A stretch of 63,610 bases of DNA, the filler included, from Candidatus Woesearchaeota archaeon (GTDB taxonomy: Archaea > Nanobdellota > Nanobdellia > Woesearchaeales > J072), in NCBI GenBank assembly GCA_003695265.1. It is 8 parts of 8 records of this genome, joined end to end, with 100 filler letters (N's around TTAATTAATTAA, not from the genome) between each part and the next. Parts side by side here need not be neighbours in the genome. Positions count along the whole stretch, not along the records: positions 57,868 to 63,610 come from RFII01000020.1; 7 more parts are not named here. One strand, 5' to 3'. Shown in pieces: positions 58,835 to 63,610 of this stretch. How positions within the stretch are numbered: the stretch's first letter is position 1; each line of letters starts with the position of its first letter. The notes beneath the pieces were generated by a model. The model was not told where the DNA came from. It did not search any database and saw nothing but the letters and a program-made list of their open reading frames with translations. A program made the position numbers and the translations under genes.

Positions 58835-59500
58835 ATGCACGTAGCAAAGACAAGCTTTAACGGCAACCCAAACATAGGGCTTTACGCATTTGCCACAGAT
58901 GATTATTGCATTGTTGGCAGAGAAGTCCAAAAGAAATCAATCAGATTAATAGAGAAAGTTCTCAAGGTTAAGGTTTATCAAATGAACCTGTGTGGCACCT
59001 CTCTAATAGGTGTTTTTGCAGTCGCAAACAAGAAATGCCTTCTCGTCCCGGACATAATACTTGAGTCAGAGAAAGAGCAGCTGGAAAAACTGAAAATACC
59101 ATTTAAAATAATAAAGACAAAGCTAACTGCTCTGGGCAACAACATCATTGCAAATGACAAGGTTGCAATAGTAAATCCTAATTTTTCTGCTGAGGAAAAA
59201 AGTGAGATTGGCAAAGCATTAGGCGTAACAGTGAAAACTGGGAGAATAGCAGGACTTGAAATTGTTGGAAGCTTAGCAGTCCACACAGAGAAAGGGTGCT
59301 TGCTCCACAGGGACGCAGAGGAGTTTGAGCTTAACTTTATAAAGGACAATCTAAAAGTTGATTGCGAGACAGGCACAGTAAACATGGGAAACCCTTACGT
59401 GAAGTCAGGAATAATAACAAACAACAACGGCTTTTTGATAGGAGACCAGAGCGGAGGTCCTGAAATAGCATTGGTTGATGAGGCGCTCGGCTTTTTATGA
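58835..59500 (+). CDS. eif6: Translation initiation factor 6
   Basis: GNPNIG, LGNNIIAND, GTVNMG, ends ALGFL. Confidence 0.93.
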   Translation: MHVAKTSFNGNPNIGLYAFATDDYCIVGREVQKKSIRLIEKVLKVKVYQMNLCGTSLIGVFAVANKKCLLVPDIILESEKEQLEKLKIPFKIIKTKLTALGNNIIANDKVAIVNPNFSAEEKSEIGKALGVTVKTGRIAGLEIVGSLAVHTEKGCLLHRDAEEFELNFIKDNLKVDCETGTVNMGNPYVKSGIITNNNGFLIGDQSGGPEIALVDEALGFL

Positions 59501-59546
59501 TTTTGTAAAAAGGTTTAAATACACAGCACTTATTCTGATAATAAAA

Positions 59547-59963
59547 ATGGTAGGCAAAGAGCATGAGAAAGAGCTTCAGGAAAAATTCGCACAGTTCCAA
59601 ATGGTCGAGCAACAGCTAAAGCAAACACAGGAGCAGCTTCAGGCATTAGACAACAATATTTTAGAGATTAAGGCGCTTCAGGACAGCCTGGATGAAATCC
59701 CAAATATAAAGCCTGGAACAGAAATACTTGTTCCAATAAGCAACGGCATATTTATTAAGGCAGAGCTTAAAGAAAACAAGTCGTTAAAGTTGAATGTTGG
59801 TTCAGGCACAGTCGTAGAAAAGTCAGTTGATGATGCAAAAAAGCTTATTGAAAAGCAGTTCAATGACGCAAATAAAGTCAGAGAAGGCTTATTGGAGAAT
59901 ATGCAGCATCTGGCAGCGCAGGCAAAAGCCTTGGAAGAGGATTTATCGAAGCTTGTAGATTAA
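59547..59963 (+). CDS. pfdA: Prefoldin alpha subunit
   Basis: Coiled coils flanking EILVPISNGIFIKA..NVGSG.VVEK. Confidence 0.93.
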   Translation: MVGKEHEKELQEKFAQFQMVEQQLKQTQEQLQALDNNILEIKALQDSLDEIPNIKPGTEILVPISNGIFIKAELKENKSLKLNVGSGTVVEKSVDDAKKLIEKQFNDANKVREGLLENMQHLAAQAKALEEDLSKLVD

Positions 59964-59964
59964 A

Positions 59965-61416
59965 ATGTTCAAGTTCTTAAAAGAAAAAATAAAGTCAGCA
60001 GTTGCCTCTTTTTCAAAAAAGGCAGAAGAAGCAGAGGAGCTCAGGAAAGAAGATATTGAAGAGGCAGAGACAGAAGTTAAGGAAGAAAAGCCAGAGCAGA
60101 TAAAAGAGGAAAAGAAGCCGAAAAAGGAAGAAAAGGCAAAAGAAAAAACAAAAAAAGAAGAAGCCCCACAGGGAAAGAAAGAAAAAGCTGAGGAAAAGCC
60201 AAAAGGAGGATCTATAGAAGAACCCAAGGCAGAAGAAAAAAATAGTGAAGAAGCGCCGCAGGCCGAAAAAGAAGAGATGAAAACTGAAGCATCAAAAAAA
60301 GAATCTCATGAGAGAGAAGCCGCTCCTGCAAAAGAAGAAATAAATGAAAAGTTTGAAAAAAAAGAAGAAAAAGCAGAAAAGAAAAAAGAGGACTCTGAAA
60401 AAGAAAAGCAAAAAAAGTTTTTAGGGATATTCAAAAGGAAAGAGCGTAAAGAAAAGAAAGAAGATCTTAAGGAGGAAAAAGAGGAGAAACTTGCTGAAAA
60501 AGTTGAGAAGTCTGAAGATAATAAAGAAAAGGCGGAGAAAGAAAAAAAGGGCTTTCTTAAGAAACTAAGGATTATCAAGAAGTCCCTGTCAGAAGAAAAG
60601 TTTGAAAAGCTGTTCTGGGACTTTGAGCTTGCGCTTCTCGAAAATAATGTTGCTGTTGAGGCTATTGAGAAAATAAAATCTGACTTGAAAGCAGAGCTTG
60701 TTGACTCTGACTCAATAAAAGGAAACATTGAGGACATTATTCTTGAAACCTTAAGAAAATCCATAAGCGAGCTCTTCGCAACAGAAAAAATCAGCCTTTT
60801 GGACTTCATAAGAAAGAAAAAGCCTTTTGTCATTCTTTTTGTCGGCGTTAATGGCAGCGGAAAAACAACAACTCTTGCAAAAATAACAAAGTTTTTGCAG
60901 GACAACAACTTCAGCTGCGTTATTGCAGCCTGCGACACTTTCAGGGCTGCTGCAATCCAGCAGCTGGAGGAGCATGCCTCCAAGTTAGGCGTTAAGGTAA
61001 TAAAGCATGATTATGGCAGCGATGCAGCAGCAGTTGCCTTTGACGCTATAAAGCACGCTGAGTCTAGAAACAAGGATGTTGTGCTGATTGACAGCGCTGG
61101 GAGAAGCCACTCAAACTCAAACCTTATGGAAGAGCTGAAAAAGCTCGTGAGGGTTGCGAAGCCCGACTTAACAATCTTTGTTGGCGACTCACTAACAGGA
61201 AACGACATGATCGAGCAGGCAAAATCCTTTAATGAGGAAATAGGCTTTGACGCAATCGTTCTCTCAAAAGCAGACATTGATGAGAAAGGCGGAGCAGCAA
61301 TTTCTATTTCTTACGTGACAAAAAAGCCGATATTATACCTTGGTGTAGGCCAAGGCTATGAAGACCTAAAAGAGTTTGACAAGGCAGTTGTTATGGAATC
61401 ACTCGGATTAACATAA
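59965..61416 (+). CDS. ftsY: SRP receptor FtsY with long charged N-terminal region
   Basis: GVNGSGKTTT, DTFRAAA, DSAGR, SKAD, GVGQGY.DL. Confidence 0.96.
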   Translation: MFKFLKEKIKSAVASFSKKAEEAEELRKEDIEEAETEVKEEKPEQIKEEKKPKKEEKAKEKTKKEEAPQGKKEKAEEKPKGGSIEEPKAEEKNSEEAPQAEKEEMKTEASKKESHEREAAPAKEEINEKFEKKEEKAEKKKEDSEKEKQKKFLGIFKRKERKEKKEDLKEEKEEKLAEKVEKSEDNKEKAEKEKKGFLKKLRIIKKSLSEEKFEKLFWDFELALLENNVAVEAIEKIKSDLKAELVDSDSIKGNIEDIILETLRKSISELFATEKISLLDFIRKKKPFVILFVGVNGSGKTTTLAKITKFLQDNNFSCVIAACDTFRAAAIQQLEEHASKLGVKVIKHDYGSDAAAVAFDAIKHAESRNKDVVLIDSAGRSHSNSNLMEELKKLVRVAKPDLTIFVGDSLTGNDMIEQAKSFNEEIGFDAIVLSKADIDEKGGAAISISYVTKKPILYLGVGQGYEDLKEFDKAVVMESLGLT

Positions 61417-61487
61417 AAAGATTATTCACTACTATAAAGTCATTAAAAACTAAAAATTTATATACTTCTTATATAATTTATCTCTTT

Positions 61488-62414
61488 ATGAAAGTTTATG
61501 GCGTTATTGCTGATCCTCACGGCGCAACAGGAGTTGTGAAAACGTTCTTGCCTTTCCTGAAAAAGCAAGGCGTGGATGCAATAATATTAAACGGAGACCT
61601 TAATGATCACTGGCACCAGGAAGGCACAATAGAAAAAATACTTAGGGACTGCTCTAGGCTAAGGGTTCCTGTTTTTGCGCATGCAGGCAGCCATGAGATG
61701 GCTGAGGAATGGGAGCATGCATTAAAAGCTGTTAAAAGAGTAAAAAACATTGTTAATGCTAATGAGGAAAGAGTTATAAAATACAATGACCACCACCTTG
61801 TTTTCCTGCCTGGCTCCAGGGCAAGAGTGGCTGGAGGCCAATTCGTTTTGGGAGGCGGCAAAAAAAATACTGGAAAACACGTTTATCACAGTAGGGATTG
61901 GGGTGACATTCCTTATTATTTCTTTAACATAAATGACCTAAGCGACCTAGTGGATGCTCCTGAGAAGACTGTTCTGGTAGGTCATGAGCCTCCACGCTTT
62001 ACAAGAAGAACAGGCATTGATATGGCTCACTTTGGCACTGTGACTGAAGACTTTGTTGATGTTTTCGGAAATAAATACTCAAAAGGCTCTGTAACCCCCT
62101 TAAAATATGCGGAAAGGCATGTCAAAAACGGGCATCCTGTTAGGATACAGAAGACAAACAGAGGAAGCTCTTTGCTTGCAAGAATAATTAGTGAGCTAGG
62201 AATCAAGAAAGGGATCTTCGGCCATTTCCATGAGAATGCTGGCCTCGGCAATTTTGGATGCGACGCAAAAGGCGCTCGCGTCGAGCAGGGCGTTTATTCT
62301 CAAGAACTCTTCTTTAACCCTGGGGCTGCGTACAACACTTATGCAGGAATATTTGTTCTTGATAATGGTAAAGCAATGTATCATGTTTATTGCTTGGAGC
62401 CTGTTATTAAATAA
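61488..62414 (+). CDS. Calcineurin-like metallophosphoesterase
   Basis: DPH, GD, GSHE, HEPP, GHFHE. Confidence 0.85.
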   Translation: MKVYGVIADPHGATGVVKTFLPFLKKQGVDAIILNGDLNDHWHQEGTIEKILRDCSRLRVPVFAHAGSHEMAEEWEHALKAVKRVKNIVNANEERVIKYNDHHLVFLPGSRARVAGGQFVLGGGKKNTGKHVYHSRDWGDIPYYFFNINDLSDLVDAPEKTVLVGHEPPRFTRRTGIDMAHFGTVTEDFVDVFGNKYSKGSVTPLKYAERHVKNGHPVRIQKTNRGSSLLARIISELGIKKGIFGHFHENAGLGNFGCDAKGARVEQGVYSQELFFNPGAAYNTYAGIFVLDNGKAMYHVYCLEPVIK

Positions 62415-63072
62415 ATTCCACCTTACCATCAAAGTAAACTCCCTGATGCAGCTTGACAGGCCTCCAGTTGTCTATTATTAGGTTGGCGTTCAGCCATTCT
62501 GCAAGCTCTTCCGGGTTTCCTATTGTTGCTGAAAGCCCTATTACCTGCAGGTTTTTCAGCAAATGCCTAAGCGTGGTAATCAAGATTTCTAGAGTGGGCC
62601 CCCTGCTAGCGTCATCAAGCAGGTGGATTTCATCAATTATCACAACTTTAACGTCCCTAAGCCATGGGCTGTGGTGCCTTATCAGCGAATCAAGCTTCTC
62701 GCTTGTCACGATTATAAAATCATAGTCAATGAGGTGCGGCTCTGCTGAGTCTAAGTCGCCTATGGAAAGAGCAATCCTAAGCAGGCTGCTGTACTTTCTC
62801 TTGAAATCCTTGAACTTTTCTGACGCCAACGCTTTTAATGGAACTATATAAACACATTTCCCTTCCCTTTTGAGGATTGAGGAAACCCCTGCAAGCTCTG
62901 CAATCAATGTTTTTCCAGATGCTGTCGGCGTGCACACAAGAAGGTTTTTTCCTTCCAGCAACCCTTTCCTTACCGCTTTTTCTTGGGCCGGCCTTAATGT
63001 ATCAATGCCTTCTTTTTTCAGGACAGAAAAAAGCTTTTGCGGAATCCTGCCTTTTAGTTCTTCAAGCTTCAT
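62407..63072 (-). CDS. Hel308/Ski2-like DExH helicase, N-terminal RecA domain only
   Basis: LRPAQ, PTASGKT, PLKALA, DEIH, SAT, RPV; stops at 221 aa. Confidence 0.85.
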   Translation of the reverse strand: MKLEELKGRIPQKLFSVLKKEGIDTLRPAQEKAVRKGLLEGKNLLVCTPTASGKTLIAELAGVSSILKREGKCVYIVPLKALASEKFKDFKRKYSSLLRIALSIGDLDSAEPHLIDYDFIIVTSEKLDSLIRHHSPWLRDVKVVIIDEIHLLDDASRGPTLEILITTLRHLLKNLQVIGLSATIGNPEELAEWLNANLIIDNWRPVKLHQGVYFDGKVEFI

Positions 63073-63084
63073 GCATGGGAGAAA

Positions 63085-63610
63085 TCATTTGCCTTTTTTA
63101 TTCTTTTGCCTGACTTTCATGACATCAAAGAGAAGTACTTTCACAAAAATCAGCATGATAATAAGGACAATAAAGCTGTATGTTATGCTTGAGTAAAACA
63201 TTCTCTTGTAAAGAGGGGCTTTTCTTAGCAGGGTTTTCCCATCTTTGCCGCCGTAAGTCCTAAAGAATTCGCCGTCTTTTTCCGTGCTGTAGAACCCACT
63301 TTCCTCGCTTTTTGTCAAGTATGCCTCAACATACTCTCCTGTAAGGTACACAGCATCCTTGTTTGCTTGGCCTCTCTTTTTTGGGTAAGAAAATTTCACA
63401 GTCACAAAGCCGTCACTCTTTGCTTTATCAATAAATTGCTTTGCATTATCACTTAAAGCGTTTCTTCCTTGCCTTGCCTCGTCAACGCGTATTTCTGCAA
63501 AATAGTATTTTGTTGTTTCATTATCATCAACAAAATCAACATAGGTTACATGACCTTTCACTATGAGGTCTGCCATTTCAAGATCAAGCGCAAACACTAA
63601 AGGAATTATT
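63085..63610 (-). CDS. Hypothetical exported protein with C-terminal TM anchor (runs off window end)
   Basis: Frame open to window edge; TM plus basic tail. Confidence 0.55.
   Translation of the reverse strand, partial: IIPLVFALDLEMADLIVKGHVTYVDFVDDNETTKYYFAEIRVDEARQGRNALSDNAKQFIDKAKSDGFVTVKFSYPKKRGQANKDAVYLTGEYVEAYLTKSEESGFYSTEKDGEFFRTYGGKDGKTLLRKAPLYKRMFYSSITYSFIVLIIMLIFVKVLLFDVMKVRQKNKKGK

Noticed and set aside
58046..61416. eif6-pfdA-ftsY without rplX or rpl31e; rpl1 without upstream rpl11
   Set aside because: Operon fragmentation is ordinary in reduced archaea, and absence cannot be judged from one window.
1..63610. CRISPR arrays, transposases, integrases, prophage
   Set aside because: No regularly spaced repeats or mobile-element motifs seen by eye.

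Overview
Archaeal genome fragment, most likely a DPANN (Woesearchaeota-like) metagenome-assembled genome. The lineage is inferred from archaeal r-proteins, RNAP subunits, DnaG, aIF6, prefoldin and TATA/GGTGAT signals. The window is eight contigs joined by artificial 100-nt linkers (N44-TTAATTAATTAA-N44), so adjacency across linkers means nothing. Housekeeping content: rpl1-rplP0-rpl12; rpoE1-spt4-rps24e-rps27ae; rps13-rps4-rps11-rpoD-tRNA-Leu-rpl18e-rpl13-rps9-rpoN; scpA-eif6-pfdA-ftsY; leuS, trpS, dnaG, RPA, glmS; glycosyltransferases; an ABC exporter; SRP RNA; a stand-alone 5S rRNA. Most notable, all on one 24-kb contig that also carries archaeal markers: (1) a bacterial-type plsB-gpsA operon (G3P acyl-ester lipid route) behind an archaeal promoter; (2) a secreted protein resembling a bacterial outer-membrane beta-barrel (DUF5020/Tsx-like), divergent from a TrmB regulator with a TrmB-type operator; (3) a roughly 390-nt heavily base-paired RNA directly upstream of dnaG. 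Also seen: near-identical DNA modules shared by the charged tails of uL1, uL10 and FtsY; a tRNA-Leu with two non-canonical introns; an SRP RNA apparently lacking helix 6; a permuted L1-binding leader; a dispersed intergenic repeat; a 1981-aa modular surface metalloprotease/adhesin. All family assignments are by motif recognition; no searches were run.
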